Source: an uncultured Gemmatimonadaceae bacterium (GTDB lineage Bacteria; Gemmatimonadota; Gemmatimonadetes; Gemmatimonadales; Gemmatimonadaceae). From it: a stretch of 64,000 nucleotides of DNA. The position numbers were made by a program, and so were the translations under genes. The stretch is from positions 1,088,001 to 1,152,000 of the forward strand of contig CAVUDW010000002.1 of the NCBI GenBank assembly GCA_963740355.1. The letters run 5' to 3'. Positions 48,787 through 58,868 of the stretch are shown one piece after another. Positions within the stretch are counted from its first letter, which is position 1, and each line of letters opens with the position of its first letter. The notes beneath the pieces are model-generated. The model searched no databases, was not told the DNA's origin, and saw nothing but the letters and a program-made list of their open reading frames with translations.

Positions 48787-51240
48787 TTACTCGGACGTGA
48801 GGTGCGCGTGGGTGAGCACCCGACCCGCCAGCGCAACGCCGCTCAGCAGTGCCCCCTCGACACGCGGGCCGCCGCACCAATCGCCGCCCGCGCCGATACC
48901 CAATGCGCCGTCGTACAACGCGGCATCCGCGGTGACGGGATCCGGCAGGGCAAACCGCCAGCGGTGCGCCACACTGTGCACCACGCCGGGCACCGGTTGC
49001 GGCGCATTGCCCTGCGAATCATCGTGCCCGACATCGTTTCCGAGCACGGCAGTGAATGCGTCGGACATGGCGCGCGCAACCGATTGCTGGTCGTCCTCGA
49101 GGTGCGCAAGCGACCAGGCGCGCGTCGCGTGCAGCACCCATGTTTCATCCGCCGGGCGACCGGGCTTGCTCGCGTCGCGACTGATCCAGCCAAGGACCGG
49201 ATCATCGTTGAGGAATGCGCCGTCCCATGGAAGCTGCGGACGTGCGTTCAGCACCACCATCGTGGCCCAGGTGGGAAACATCACCGCTTCAGCGGCCGAT
49301 GCGGCCAACGCGGGAGCAACTGGCGCGAGCAACGCCTGCGCCTGCGGTGATGGCACACACGCGAGCACGACATCGTACGTGCCAAGGTCCGCGCCGCCAT
49401 CGGCCACCAGCCGCCACTGCCTTCCTTCGCGCTGGATATGTGTGACCGCAGTGTTGAGCTGCACTTCGAGATCCTGCGCGAGATGTGCACCGAGCGCGCT
49501 CATCCCCGGAACGGCCACCCAGCGCCGCACACCCGCTTTCGCCGCTTGCCATGCTCCATTCTCGCGCACGGCGAGTGACCCTTGCCACGATGCGATCACA
49601 CCCTGCTGCTGCCAGGCATGGATGTGGGGCAGCAGGCGCGAGTCGCGAATGGTGAAATACTGCGCCCCATGATCGAAGCGCCACGGACCGTCGCGTCGTG
49701 TCGCGCACCGTCCGCCAAGGCCGCGAGACTTTTCGAACACCGTGACATCGATGTTGTGATCCGCAAGCACGCGGGCACAGGTCAGGCCAGCCAGCCCGGC
49801 TCCGACAACAGCAACACGCTGCGGGGACGGGTAGACCGCCCGCTGCACATGCCTGGAATACTTCGCGACGTTGATGCGCGCGGCCTGCTCGGACACAGCG
49901 CGGCCGCGCACAGAGCCAAGAATGCGATTGGGCGGCGTGAACGGCCGGTCGAACTGCCCGAGACACCAGAGCAGCCCTCCGTACGACGCCGGGTCTCGCC
50001 CATCGAGTGCGTAGCGGTGATTGAGATCGATCGAGACGGCCAACGCACGGGCGGCATCTGGTGTCCATGCGGCGAATGCCTTGCCCCACGTCATGCGCAC
50101 ATTGTTGTGAATCTCGCCATGGGCCAGCAGCGATCTTTGCATCGCGTTCCAGAACGCGCTGCTGGTGCGGCCGCGGGCCAGTCGTTCCCAGTCATACAAC
50201 TCGCGATGGTCGTCCTCGTGCTGACGCAACGTCTCGCGCGCCCACGAGGGAATGGCCGCAATCGTATCGTGATCGGGTCTGTGGAAGCAAAAGGTGTACG
50301 CCAACTCGCGCCAGACGAGCAGTTCGTCGAGCCACTTGGCGGCACTCTCTCCGCCACGGGCGGCGGCTTCGCGGGCGAGGCGGAATGGCGACACCATGCC
50401 ATAGTGCAGGTACGCAGACATGCGACTGACGCCGTCACCACGCGTTGGATCGTTGCGAACCTTGTCGTAGCGATCGATGCGTCCGCTGGTGACGAATTCG
50501 TTCCATCGTGCGTAGCCGGCGATCGATCCACCGCGCGTATCTGCCACGGGGCCGACGCCATGATCGATGCGACAGGTTGCCACGAGCGCGGCGAAGTCCG
50601 CCGTGTCGAGGTCCACGGGTGTGAACGGCAGTGCGGGCACGAAGCGCGGGCCGAGGTACTGGAGCTCGGTCCAACTGTGTGAGACACGTTCCCGTCGCAG
50701 GGTGGCAGTCGCATCGCGGTACACGAATGCGCGGTCGTACGCCTTGGTGGTGAGCGTCATCGGCACGACGCACGCGGTATCCACTTCCCATAATGGGGCA
50801 ACGGTCGCCGAGCGGAGTGCAGCGGTCCACTCCATCAGTGGCGCGACGGGCATCAGCTCAGTGACGATGACAGCGGCCTGGGCACCGAGCGTCGCGAGAT
50901 GTGGTCCGTGATGCCCTTTGCGTTCGAGATGGAACGCCGTGCCGATACCGCGGGCCTTCAGCTCGGCTGCGAAATCGCGCGCGCCCTCGAGAATGAAGGT
51001 GTGGTGCCGATCGCTTGCATACGGGTAGCGCTCGGCGAGTGCGTGATACACGAAGATCGGGAGGCCAAGCGACGCCCCGAGCGCGATGGCGACATCGAGC
51101 GCCGGGTTCTCGTGTGCCCTGACCGCCGTCCGTGCCCAGTAGAGCACAAACGTCCCGGCTGGGTTGGCTGGCGCGGTGGCTGAGGCGTCGCGGACGCGTT
51201 CGGCAAGACGTGGCGGAAGCAGACCTGCAGGTGCAAACAC
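48787..51240 (-). CDS. Class II CPD photolyase-like domain fused to a renalase-like FAD-dependent oxidoreductase
   Basis: VLYW, SRMSAYLHYG, ELLVWRE, FWNA, HNNVRMTWGK, LNHRYALDGRDP, FDRP; then VVGAGLAG, EKSRGLGGR, FDHGAQYF, HRWRFA, GDWCGGPRVEGA; GTG 51240 start inferred. Confidence 0.9.
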   Translation of the reverse strand: MFAPAGLLPPRLAERVRDASATAPANPAGTFVLYWARTAVRAHENPALDVAIALGASLGLPIFVYHALAERYPYASDRHHTFILEGARDFAAELKARGIGTAFHLERKGHHGPHLATLGAQAAVIVTELMPVAPLMEWTAALRSATVAPLWEVDTACVVPMTLTTKAYDRAFVYRDATATLRRERVSHSWTELQYLGPRFVPALPFTPVDLDTADFAALVATCRIDHGVGPVADTRGGSIAGYARWNEFVTSGRIDRYDKVRNDPTRGDGVSRMSAYLHYGMVSPFRLAREAAARGGESAAKWLDELLVWRELAYTFCFHRPDHDTIAAIPSWARETLRQHEDDHRELYDWERLARGRTSSAFWNAMQRSLLAHGEIHNNVRMTWGKAFAAWTPDAARALAVSIDLNHRYALDGRDPASYGGLLWCLGQFDRPFTPPNRILGSVRGRAVSEQAARINVAKYSRHVQRAVYPSPQRVAVVGAGLAGLTCARVLADHNIDVTVFEKSRGLGGRCATRRDGPWRFDHGAQYFTIRDSRLLPHIHAWQQQGVIASWQGSLAVRENGAWQAAKAGVRRWVAVPGMSALGAHLAQDLEVQLNTAVTHIQREGRQWRLVADGGADLGTYDVVLACVPSPQAQALLAPVAPALAASAAEAVMFPTWATMVVLNARPQLPWDGAFLNDDPVLGWISRDASKPGRPADETWVLHATRAWSLAHLEDDQQSVARAMSDAFTAVLGNDVGHDDSQGNAPQPVPGVVHSVAHRWRFALPDPVTADAALYDGALGIGAGGDWCGGPRVEGALLSGVALAGRVLTHAHLTSE

Positions 51241-51384
51241 TGAGTGAGCGATGAGGTGTTTTTGACGGGACCGCCGTGTTACTTGTGAGGAAGAAGCTGA
51301 CAACGAGCGACTTCCGTTCCCGGGGGTCGATCTGGCGCCGCGATGCTGCGAACTGCCACCCGCTTCCCTCACGAGGAGGGGCGC

Positions 51385-52050
51385 ATGAACTCGGCCGAGC
51401 AGATCAGGGTCGTGGTGGTTGATGAACATGCCCTCGTTCGGGCAGGCCTGCGGGCGCTGCTGCAACCGGCGACCGAAGTGAATGTGGTGGCTGAGCTGGC
51501 TGACGCGAGCATGGCGCTCGCCGCCGCACGGCAGACACAGGCGCAGGTGATGATCATCGATCGGCCCAGCGGCGGCGAGGATGGCATGACCATCGCCCGG
51601 TTGCTGCGCGACGCCGGTTTGCGCACGCAACTGCTGGTGCTGACGATGGCCGCATCGCAATCGGCGCTCGAATCGCTGCTGCTTGCGGGTGCGCGCGGCT
51701 ACCTGACTCGGGCGGCGGCCGAGCGCGACCTGATCGAGGCGGTGCGGACAGTGGCGCGTGGCACGACCTATCGCTGCCCCACGCTCGCGGCGCCGCGGGG
51801 CGCGGAGGCGGATGTGCCGACTGCGGCGGATGTGGAGCGCAAGCGCTTCGACCGGCTCACCGAACGCGAACGTGAGGTGCTGGTGTGCACGGCACATGGG
51901 TTCACTGCGCCGGAGATCGGTGCGCGACTCAACATCAGCCCGAAAACCGTGGATACGTACAAGCAGCGGATCCAGGAGAAGCTGGGGCTGCATCACCGTC
52001 AGGATTACGTGCGCCTGGCGCTCAAGCTGCGGCTGATGGAGACCGGGTGA
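51385..52050 (+). CDS. NarL/LuxR-family response regulator with an atypical receiver
   Basis: SD GAGGAGG; REC domain plus LTEREREVL...ISPKTVDTY...KLG HTH. Confidence 0.93.
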   Translation: MNSAEQIRVVVVDEHALVRAGLRALLQPATEVNVVAELADASMALAAARQTQAQVMIIDRPSGGEDGMTIARLLRDAGLRTQLLVLTMAASQSALESLLLAGARGYLTRAAAERDLIEAVRTVARGTTYRCPTLAAPRGAEADVPTAADVERKRFDRLTEREREVLVCTAHGFTAPEIGARLNISPKTVDTYKQRIQEKLGLHHRQDYVRLALKLRLMETG

Positions 52051-52179
52051 TTGCGTGGGCTACTGTGGAGCGAGCGTGCGTCTGGCCTGACCGCATGACG
52101 CCCCCACGCACGGACAACCTCGTGGATCGCGGGTAGATTGACCGGTATCGCTGGTGGTCCTCTCCAGATGGGTCCGGGT

Positions 52180-52626
52180 ATGACGATTTCCATTCGCACG
52201 CTGAGCCCCGACGAGTGCGCGGCGCTGCTGGCGTCGCAACAGGTCGGGCGTCTCGCCTACGCCTTCAAGCAGCGGGTCGACATCGAGCCGATTCATTACG
52301 TGGCGGACGGGGAATGGATCTATCTCCGCACGGCACACGGCACGAAGGTGGCCATGCTGGAGCATCAGCCGTGGGTCGCGTTCGAGGTCGACGACGTGCG
52401 CGCACTCTTCGAATGGCAGAGTGTGGTGGTACACGGCACCGTGCAGATCCTCGATGCGTCCGACGGTCGCGAGGGTGAAAGTCGCTGGAACCACGCGGTC
52501 GAGGTCTTCCGGCAGCTGGTTCCACAGGCGTTTGCAGCCGGTGACCCGACGCCGGAACGGGGCGTGATGCTGCGGATCCACCTCTCGAACGTGGAGGGTC
52601 GCGCGGCGAGCGCGGCCGTGGTGTAA
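52180..52626 (+). CDS. Pyridoxamine 5'-phosphate oxidase-like flavin-binding protein
   Basis: ECAALL...VGRLAY, GTK, VAFEVD, WQSVVVHG. Confidence 0.88.
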   Translation: MTISIRTLSPDECAALLASQQVGRLAYAFKQRVDIEPIHYVADGEWIYLRTAHGTKVAMLEHQPWVAFEVDDVRALFEWQSVVVHGTVQILDASDGREGESRWNHAVEVFRQLVPQAFAAGDPTPERGVMLRIHLSNVEGRAASAAVV

Positions 52627-52807
52627 GCGACTCCCTGACAGCGACTTACGCCCGCAGGGGCGATGCTTGCGGTAGCGCCGACGCCGGTGCCCATCAATAA
52701 TGGGGAGCTGGTGTAACACGGGACGAGTCCGGGCCGTAGGGAAACCGGTGTCCCGCCGGGACGGCTCCGTTACGCCGCAACCGCTTGGAGAGGGTATTCT
52801 TCTGCGC

Positions 52808-53326
52808 ATGAATGGCTCGTTGATCGCTCGACTCCTGCGCCGGGATCTCTTCTGGTACTACCGGCTGCGCCTGAGTCCTGACATTCCGCAGTTCTGGCGG
52901 AATTTCTGGTTGCTCATGACGCATCTTGGCGGAGCGCGCGTGACGGTCGCGGCCTGCCTCGTGGGACTCTGCTTTCCGCGCTCCAGGTTTGCGGCTGCGC
53001 ACACATCGGTGGCATTGCTGGTGGCGTTCCTGATCTCGCAGATCATCAAGCGCAGCGTGAGCCGCGAACGCCCCGCAGAAATTCGCCGTGGCAACACGGT
53101 GCTCCAGGCACCAGACCGGTTCAGCTTCCCCAGCGGGCATTCCGCCGCTGCCATGGCTGTCGCCGCGATGTACGCGCTGACCTTCCCATCGCTCGGCATC
53201 TGGTTGCTGCCGTTGGCCGTGATGGTCGGATACAGCCGGGTTGCGCTGGGTGTGCATTACCCACTCGATGTGATCGCCGGCCAGGCCATCGCACTCCTGA
53301 CCGCCGGGCTGCTGCGTCTCTGGTAG
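52808..53326 (+). CDS. PAP2-family phosphatase
   Basis: KRSVSRERP, SFPSGHS, SRVALGVHYPLD. Confidence 0.93.
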   Translation: MNGSLIARLLRRDLFWYYRLRLSPDIPQFWRNFWLLMTHLGGARVTVAACLVGLCFPRSRFAAAHTSVALLVAFLISQIIKRSVSRERPAEIRRGNTVLQAPDRFSFPSGHSAAAMAVAAMYALTFPSLGIWLLPLAVMVGYSRVALGVHYPLDVIAGQAIALLTAGLLRLW

Positions 53327-53336
53327 CTGTCGTCCG

Positions 53337-54257
53337 TCAGCGAAGAATCGCGGCGTGCACGATGCGCGCGATGTCAGCGATCAGCAGTCGCGCCTCCGGC
53401 TGTGACTCGATGCCGCTGGTCAACACCACCAGCACATACGGCGCGCCGCGCTCCGGATAGACGATCGCGGCGTCGTGCTCGACACGCGTGATGTCGCCGG
53501 TCTTGTGCGCGATGCGAGTGCCTTTCGGAAGGCCAGCGGGAATGGCGGAGTTGAAGTGCTGTGCGAACAGGACGTCACGCATCCATGCGCAGGACGTGGG
53601 TGACGCGGCGCGGTCGGTGGCGATCGCTGCCAGCAGGGCGCCGAGGTCATTGGCGGTCGTGACGTTGTTCAACCCGGCGCGAAACGCCGGATTGTCCTCC
53701 ACACCGCGGCGCACGAGCATGCGCGTCGCACCGAGTGTGCGTGTGAGGGCGGTGACGGAATCCGCTGCGACCACCGTCAGCAGCGCGTTGGTCGCGAGGT
53801 TGCTGGAGTGTGTGATCATGCGCGTCGCCAGCCACCGGATCGGCACGCGCTCACCGACGCGATCATACACCGAGTCGTCGGAATCGTCGGTCTTGCTCAG
53901 TGTGTACGGCGACTGATCGACGATCGAATTGAACTCGTTGCGGAGCAGCATCGGGTCGTCGAGTTGCAGCAGCCCGCGGTCGGCACGCTGCGCGAGTGCG
54001 ATGAGGACTGGCACCTTCATCGTGCTCGCGGCGTGCACGAGCGAATCGCCGCGGAGCACGATCCGTGGCCCGCGTCCGTCCAGCCGCCAGGCGGCCACGC
54101 GGACCACCGCCCCCGGCGTACGGGAGGCCCGTGCCTCGATCGCAGCGGTGGCATCCAATTCGCGTATGGATGGGGTCGTCAGAGGCGTTCGCGCCGCGCA
54201 TGCGCACAGCAGGGGCGTGAGCGCGAGCGCGGTCGCCAGCCGGAAGATCGATGTCAT
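53337..54257 (-). CDS. Class A beta-lactamase-related serine hydrolase lipoprotein
   Basis: Lipobox LCAC; ASTMK (SxxK), SSN (SxN), HKTG. Confidence 0.88.
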   Translation of the reverse strand: MTSIFRLATALALTPLLCACAARTPLTTPSIRELDATAAIEARASRTPGAVVRVAAWRLDGRGPRIVLRGDSLVHAASTMKVPVLIALAQRADRGLLQLDDPMLLRNEFNSIVDQSPYTLSKTDDSDDSVYDRVGERVPIRWLATRMITHSSNLATNALLTVVAADSVTALTRTLGATRMLVRRGVEDNPAFRAGLNNVTTANDLGALLAAIATDRAASPTSCAWMRDVLFAQHFNSAIPAGLPKGTRIAHKTGDITRVEHDAAIVYPERGAPYVLVVLTSGIESQPEARLLIADIARIVHAAILR

Positions 54258-54459
54258 GCAGCGAGGGTATGCCCTGTCGGCGCGAGGGGCAACCATCGAG
54301 GGCGTGGTGGCCTCGGAGGGGAGTGTTGCGTCCGATGCGATCACTTGGTCAGGAGAGCGCGGAAGTCGCGCCAGAAATCGGTTTCGCCCCCCGTACGAGA
54401 CCGCTAGACTCGACCTCGTGCGCTGCCGTCGTCCAATCCGTTTCCCACTGCTGCCTGTG

Positions 54460-56115
54460 ATGCGTTTCTGCCCACCGATCGCGGTCTTGTTGTTTGCCAC
54501 CGGTTGCGCGTCGCATGGCGCCACATGGTCTGCACCCACGCCTGCGCCCGGGTCGGACAGCGTGGTTGCGGCCGCAACGGCACCGATCGTGGCTGCAACG
54601 GCAGACACCACGCAGCGCGACTCGGTGGTCGCGGCAATCGTCTCCGATTCCGAGGTGGTCACGCGTGCGGCCGCGATTTTTGATGGGCCCCGCATTCCCA
54701 CCGGCACTGCTGGACCGATGGCCCCTGATGGTCGTGCGACATGGGACATCGACGTGCGCAGCTACGAGACGCATGAGATGGTGGCGCAGTACATCGGAAT
54801 CTTCACCGGACGCGCGCGCGCGTACATGGAGCGAAGCATGAGTCGCGGGACGCGATTCGACGCCATGCTGCGCAAGAAGTTTCGCGAGTCGGGGCTGCCA
54901 GAAGACATGACCTATCTGGCGTTGATCGAAAGCAGCTACATGCCGCATGCGTACTCCCGTGCCGCAGCGGTTGGCATGTGGCAATTCATGCCATCGACAG
55001 CGCGTGAAATCGGGATGCGCGTGGACTGGTGGGTGGATGAACGTCGCGACCCGATGCGCGCAACCGACGGCGCGATCGATTTCCTCACCGACCTGCACGA
55101 TTCGTATGGCAGCTGGTACCTCGCGGCTGCCGCCTACAATGGCGGCCCTGGGCGCGTCTCGCGTGGACTGAAGCGCTTCTCCGATGCGATGGATGGCTCG
55201 GAAGGTGAGGACCGATTCTTCGCGCTCGCTGAGCAACGGTATCTGCCGAGTGAGACCAAGGCGTACGTGCCGAAGTTGATCGCTGCGGCGATGGTGGCCA
55301 AGGAACCATCGCGTTACGGCCTGCGTGTGGACACGCTGCCGCCGTATCTCTACGACAGCGTGAATGTCGTTGGCGGCACGCCGATGACGGCCGTGGCGAA
55401 AGCGGCGAATACCACGCTCGAGGTGATTCGCGACCTGAATCCGCACTTCCTGCGTGGCGTGACACCGCCCGATGAGATCTCCGAGGTGCGGATTCCGGTG
55501 GGGGCATCGACGAACTTCAACGTGAACTTCATCGCGTTGGATGATGCCGAGCGCAGGGCGTGGCGTGTCGAGCGGATCGACAAGTTGCGGAGCGCTGAAG
55601 CGATCGCCGCCGAAGCGGGAATTCCGACCAAGGCCCTTCGGTGGGTCAACCCGAAGCTGTCGCTCGACCGACGCGGTCGCGTCCGGGCGGGCACGGTGCT
55701 TCGGATCCCGACCGCGATGACGGTCGCCGGGGCGCAGGACGTGCCGGATCCGTCAATCGCCCGGTACGGCTCGTCCAGCCGATCGCTGGTATCGAAGCGC
55801 GTCCGCGTACGGTCCGGGGAGTCCCTGGCCAGTGTCGCACGCCGGACCGGGGTGTCGGTGGCACAGCTGCGGGCCATCAACGGCATCAAGGGCAATCGAC
55901 TGCGGGCCGGGCAGGTACTGGTGGTTCGGCGCCCGTCGCGTGGCGCAGTCGCGGCCGCCCGCCGCTCGTCAGCGTCGCGCAGTCGGGCCTCCGCCACTGC
56001 CAAGCGTTGCACCAGTCGCGTGACCCGGGTGAATGGGAAGCGCCGCACGGTGACCAGTTGTTCGGCGCCGACCGGGTCCCCAGCCAAGAAGAAGGCCGCC
56101 GCCCGCCGTCGCTGA
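54460..56115 (+). CDS. MltD-like lytic transglycosylase lipoprotein with LysM domains
   Basis: Lipobox ATGC; LALIESS, AVGMWQF, DERRDP, AAYNGG, ETKAYVPK; LysM VRSGESL...LRAGQVL. Confidence 0.92.
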   Translation: MRFCPPIAVLLFATGCASHGATWSAPTPAPGSDSVVAAATAPIVAATADTTQRDSVVAAIVSDSEVVTRAAAIFDGPRIPTGTAGPMAPDGRATWDIDVRSYETHEMVAQYIGIFTGRARAYMERSMSRGTRFDAMLRKKFRESGLPEDMTYLALIESSYMPHAYSRAAAVGMWQFMPSTAREIGMRVDWWVDERRDPMRATDGAIDFLTDLHDSYGSWYLAAAAYNGGPGRVSRGLKRFSDAMDGSEGEDRFFALAEQRYLPSETKAYVPKLIAAAMVAKEPSRYGLRVDTLPPYLYDSVNVVGGTPMTAVAKAANTTLEVIRDLNPHFLRGVTPPDEISEVRIPVGASTNFNVNFIALDDAERRAWRVERIDKLRSAEAIAAEAGIPTKALRWVNPKLSLDRRGRVRAGTVLRIPTAMTVAGAQDVPDPSIARYGSSSRSLVSKRVRVRSGESLASVARRTGVSVAQLRAINGIKGNRLRAGQVLVVRRPSRGAVAAARRSSASRSRASATAKRCTSRVTRVNGKRRTVTSCSAPTGSPAKKKAAARRR

Positions 56116-56195
56116 TCGAAGGTAGGCGCTGCAAACTCGCGTTTGCGTGGTCATGGCACGGCCTTTGGGCGAACGCTGTTTGCGGGGCATCATGC

Positions 56196-56234
56196 GAAAA
56201 ACGGGCGCACCCTGCGAGGGATGCGCCCGTTTTC
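56196..56234. terminator. Bidirectional intrinsic terminator
   Basis: aaaacgggcgca...tgcgcccgtttt between convergent genes. Confidence 0.75.
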
Positions 56235-56305
56235 ACCTTCTCTCCTGATATGTCTATCTCAGCTCCGATCCCGTCAACCGAGACTCCCGGTCTCGGCTTC
56301 CGGGC

Positions 56306-57028
56306 TCAGTCGTCGGATCGTGACGCCAGCGACGGGCGGACCCGTGCCGAACCGTTGTAGCCGCGCATGACCTTCCGATCGTAGCCGTTGGACGGGTCGA
56401 GGCCGAGCGAGAGCTCGTTCTGGACCGCCTGGGCGCCGCGGTTGTAGGTCAGCAGGGCGAGCTTGACGTTGCCATGATTTTCGTCGATCAGGTCGCGGAG
56501 ATAGCTGAAACCGATTCGAAGATTGGTTTCCCGCGAGTAGAGCTTCTGCTTCGTGATCTTCGGGTCGTAGTAGCGCGCCGTCGGCAGCATGACCTGCGTG
56601 AGGCCGGCAGCCCCGACGCCACTGGTCGCGCGCTCCTTGAACTGGCTTTCGACATTCACCAGCCGGAAGCCGAGCTCGGGATCGATCCCCGCTTCCAGCG
56701 CCGCATCGTGAATCGCGCGGGCCAGTTCGGTATCCACCATCCAGCGGCGGGAGAAGGTGTAGATCTTGTTCCAGCGCTGGAGGCGCTGGGTCGCACGGCG
56801 GGCCGTATCTGCGGCCTGGATGCGATCGGCGACCGTGGCGACTCGGGCAATGTTCGCGCTCGAGGCAGCAGGGCGGGCGACTTCGGCGCGGGCGTCCAGA
56901 ACGACGGGACGGCGGCCGAACGCCAGAACGGTTGCAACTGCTCCACCTGCAATGATCCAGCGGCGGAAGCGGCGACGGAGTCGCTCGGCATCACCGCGAT
57001 GTACATACGTTCCACGCAAATCGTGCAT
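56306..57028 (-). CDS. SLT-domain lytic transglycosylase
   Basis: TM anchor; VNVESQF, GAAGLTQVM, NLRIG, LTYNRG; start uncertain. Confidence 0.88.
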   Translation of the reverse strand: MHDLRGTYVHRGDAERLRRRFRRWIIAGGAVATVLAFGRRPVVLDARAEVARPAASSANIARVATVADRIQAADTARRATQRLQRWNKIYTFSRRWMVDTELARAIHDAALEAGIDPELGFRLVNVESQFKERATSGVGAAGLTQVMLPTARYYDPKITKQKLYSRETNLRIGFSYLRDLIDENHGNVKLALLTYNRGAQAVQNELSLGLDPSNGYDRKVMRGYNGSARVRPSLASRSDD

Positions 57029-57190
57029 TCGTGCTACCCTCGCGTCAGGGGCGCGCCACATCGGATACCAGAAGCCATGCTTCAAGACTCCGACGCGTCA
57101 GCGCCAGTGGCGCGAAACCTTCCGCCTGACCTCGTCGGTCACCTGCTCAGGCGAAACGCATCGCAGTTCTGTGGGAAACGACGACGCGCC

Positions 57191-57697
57191 TCACGGCTCG
57201 TTCTCGCTTCCCGGCGGCGAACGGCGCCAGGATCCAGAGCGCCCTCCGTCCTTCGACTCCACCCGGATGTCGCCCAGAATCATCTCCCGGTCGACCGCCT
57301 TGGCCATGTCATAAACCGTCAACAGCGCGACGGACACGGCACACATCGCTTCCATCTCCACTCCCGTCGGTCCGACCGTCCGAACTTGTGCGGACGCACG
57401 AACTCCCGGAAGAGTCTCATCCATTACCAGAGCAATATCCAGACCGCGCAGGGCCAACGGATGGCAGAGGGGAATCAGGTCGGACGTCTTCTTCCCAGCC
57501 TGAATTCCGGCAATTCTTGCCACCGTCAGCACATCCCCCTTGGGCAGGGCCTGCCGCTGGATGAGGTGAAAGGTAGCCAATGACATCCGGATCGAACCAG
57601 TCGCGACCGCTACCCGGGCCGTGTCCGGTTTGACCGATACGTCAACCATCCGGGCATTTCCCTCTGAATCAATATGGCTCAGTTCGCTTTGGTTCAT
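57191..57697 (-). CDS. moaC: Cyclic pyranopterin monophosphate synthase MoaC
   Basis: LSHID..GNARMVDVS.K, KGDVL, LIPLCHP, TGVEMEA, YDMAKAVD, KDGGRSG. Confidence 0.96.
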   Translation of the reverse strand: MNQSELSHIDSEGNARMVDVSVKPDTARVAVATGSIRMSLATFHLIQRQALPKGDVLTVARIAGIQAGKKTSDLIPLCHPLALRGLDIALVMDETLPGVRASAQVRTVGPTGVEMEAMCAVSVALLTVYDMAKAVDREMILGDIRVESKDGGRSGSWRRSPPGSENEP

Positions 57698-58752
57698 CCG
57701 TTTATTCCGAGGGATTTGAGCTCGCGGAGCAGCTCGGCCGTGATGAGGGCAGGATTCACGTTGTGCTGGGTCCGCTCCCTGGCCGCCTCGACCGCGTCCT
57801 GCGCCCGGGCGAGGGCTGGGGCGGCGCCGCTGGCAGACTCCACGGCGGGCCGCAGCCGATCGTGGATCAGCCCCTCCAGCGCGTCGAGCGCATCGGCGAA
57901 TGCCCCGCGGGCGCCGGCCGGCTTTTCGGACAGGACGGCGATGAAGCGATCGGATGCGTCGCCGCGGAGCGCCTTGAGCCACTGTGCCGCATGCGCCGCG
58001 GACGTCTCGTGGGCGGTGCCGGCGAGCAAGGTCCCCGGGGCACCCGAGGCGCGGTCGAGCACCGCCTCATCGACCCGCCCCAGCTTCGCCCGCACATCAT
58101 CGAGTGCGGTCCAGCTCCGCAGTTCCTCGGCCGCGAGCGGTGCCACGCGAACGGAGACGACCCGCGACCGAATGGTCGGCAAGAGTGACCCGGGCTCGCT
58201 CGTGGTGAGGATGAGCGTCGTGTCGGGCAGGGGCTCCTCGAGCAGCTTGAGGAGTGCGTTGGCGGCCGAATCACTGCCTTCCTGGGCGATCAGCCGATCG
58301 GCATCACCGAGGATCATGATCTTGCGCTTGGCCATGGCGGGCGAGCTGGCGGCGGCGCGCACCAGGCTGCGGATCATCTCGATGAAGAGGCCTTCGCTGC
58401 CACTGCTCGGTCCCCAGAGTCCGCCGGCCTGCGCGCGGTCGCGCATTGCCCCACGCATGAAGGCGAGGGCCTCTTCCGGCGACGAGTCCGAGATGTCGGC
58501 GCGAGGCACCGGGAAGAACCAATAGAGATCGGGATGCGTGAGGTCGGCCGTGTATCGGCATGCCTGGCAGCTCCCGCACGGCACCGGTGTGCCTGAACAC
58601 AAGAGGGCCTGCGCCAGCCAGAGCGCGAGTCGCTGCTTGCCGACACCGCGCCGGCCATGCAGAAGGAGCGAGCCGGGCATCGTGCCGCGCGTGATCGCAT
58701 CTCCAAGCCGCTGGCGGAGCGCGTCGTGGCCAACGATTGGGGAAAGAGGCAT
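57694..58752 (-). CDS. holB: DNA polymerase III delta-prime subunit
   Basis: GRRGVGK, CGSCQAC, HPDL, ANALLKLLEEP, LLPTIRSR. Confidence 0.92.
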   Translation of the reverse strand: MPLSPIVGHDALRQRLGDAITRGTMPGSLLLHGRRGVGKQRLALWLAQALLCSGTPVPCGSCQACRYTADLTHPDLYWFFPVPRADISDSSPEEALAFMRGAMRDRAQAGGLWGPSSGSEGLFIEMIRSLVRAAASSPAMAKRKIMILGDADRLIAQEGSDSAANALLKLLEEPLPDTTLILTTSEPGSLLPTIRSRVVSVRVAPLAAEELRSWTALDDVRAKLGRVDEAVLDRASGAPGTLLAGTAHETSAAHAAQWLKALRGDASDRFIAVLSEKPAGARGAFADALDALEGLIHDRLRPAVESASGAAPALARAQDAVEAARERTQHNVNPALITAELLRELKSLGING

Positions 58753-58868
58753 CGATCAAAGGTGGGTGGTCGAGGCGGTGCCGGACAGTCTGCCGTGTGC
58801 ATATTCGGTGACACGCGCAATATTCCGGCACACGTACTCGATGCGGGCACGGTAGCAGCCGCTCGTAC

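Noticed and set aside
51241..51996. N-terminal 252 aa of the 1069-aa ORF as a third fused domain
   Set aside because: It is the antisense shadow of the LuxR gene; photolyase similarity begins only after about 51240
46589..53326. Genomic island at tRNA-Lys
   Set aside because: No integrase, no duplicated tRNA 3' end seen and no compositional shift; these genes lie on the 5' side of the tRNA
53337..54257. Antibiotic-resistance beta-lactamase
   Set aside because: SxxK/SxN/KTG are shared with PBP-like hydrolases; SDN and a canonical ExxLN omega loop are absent; the context is cell-wall housekeeping
57030..57190. Riboswitch upstream of the SLT gene
   Set aside because: Alternative hairpins can be drawn, but no c-di-AMP or other known consensus is recognisable and GC is high
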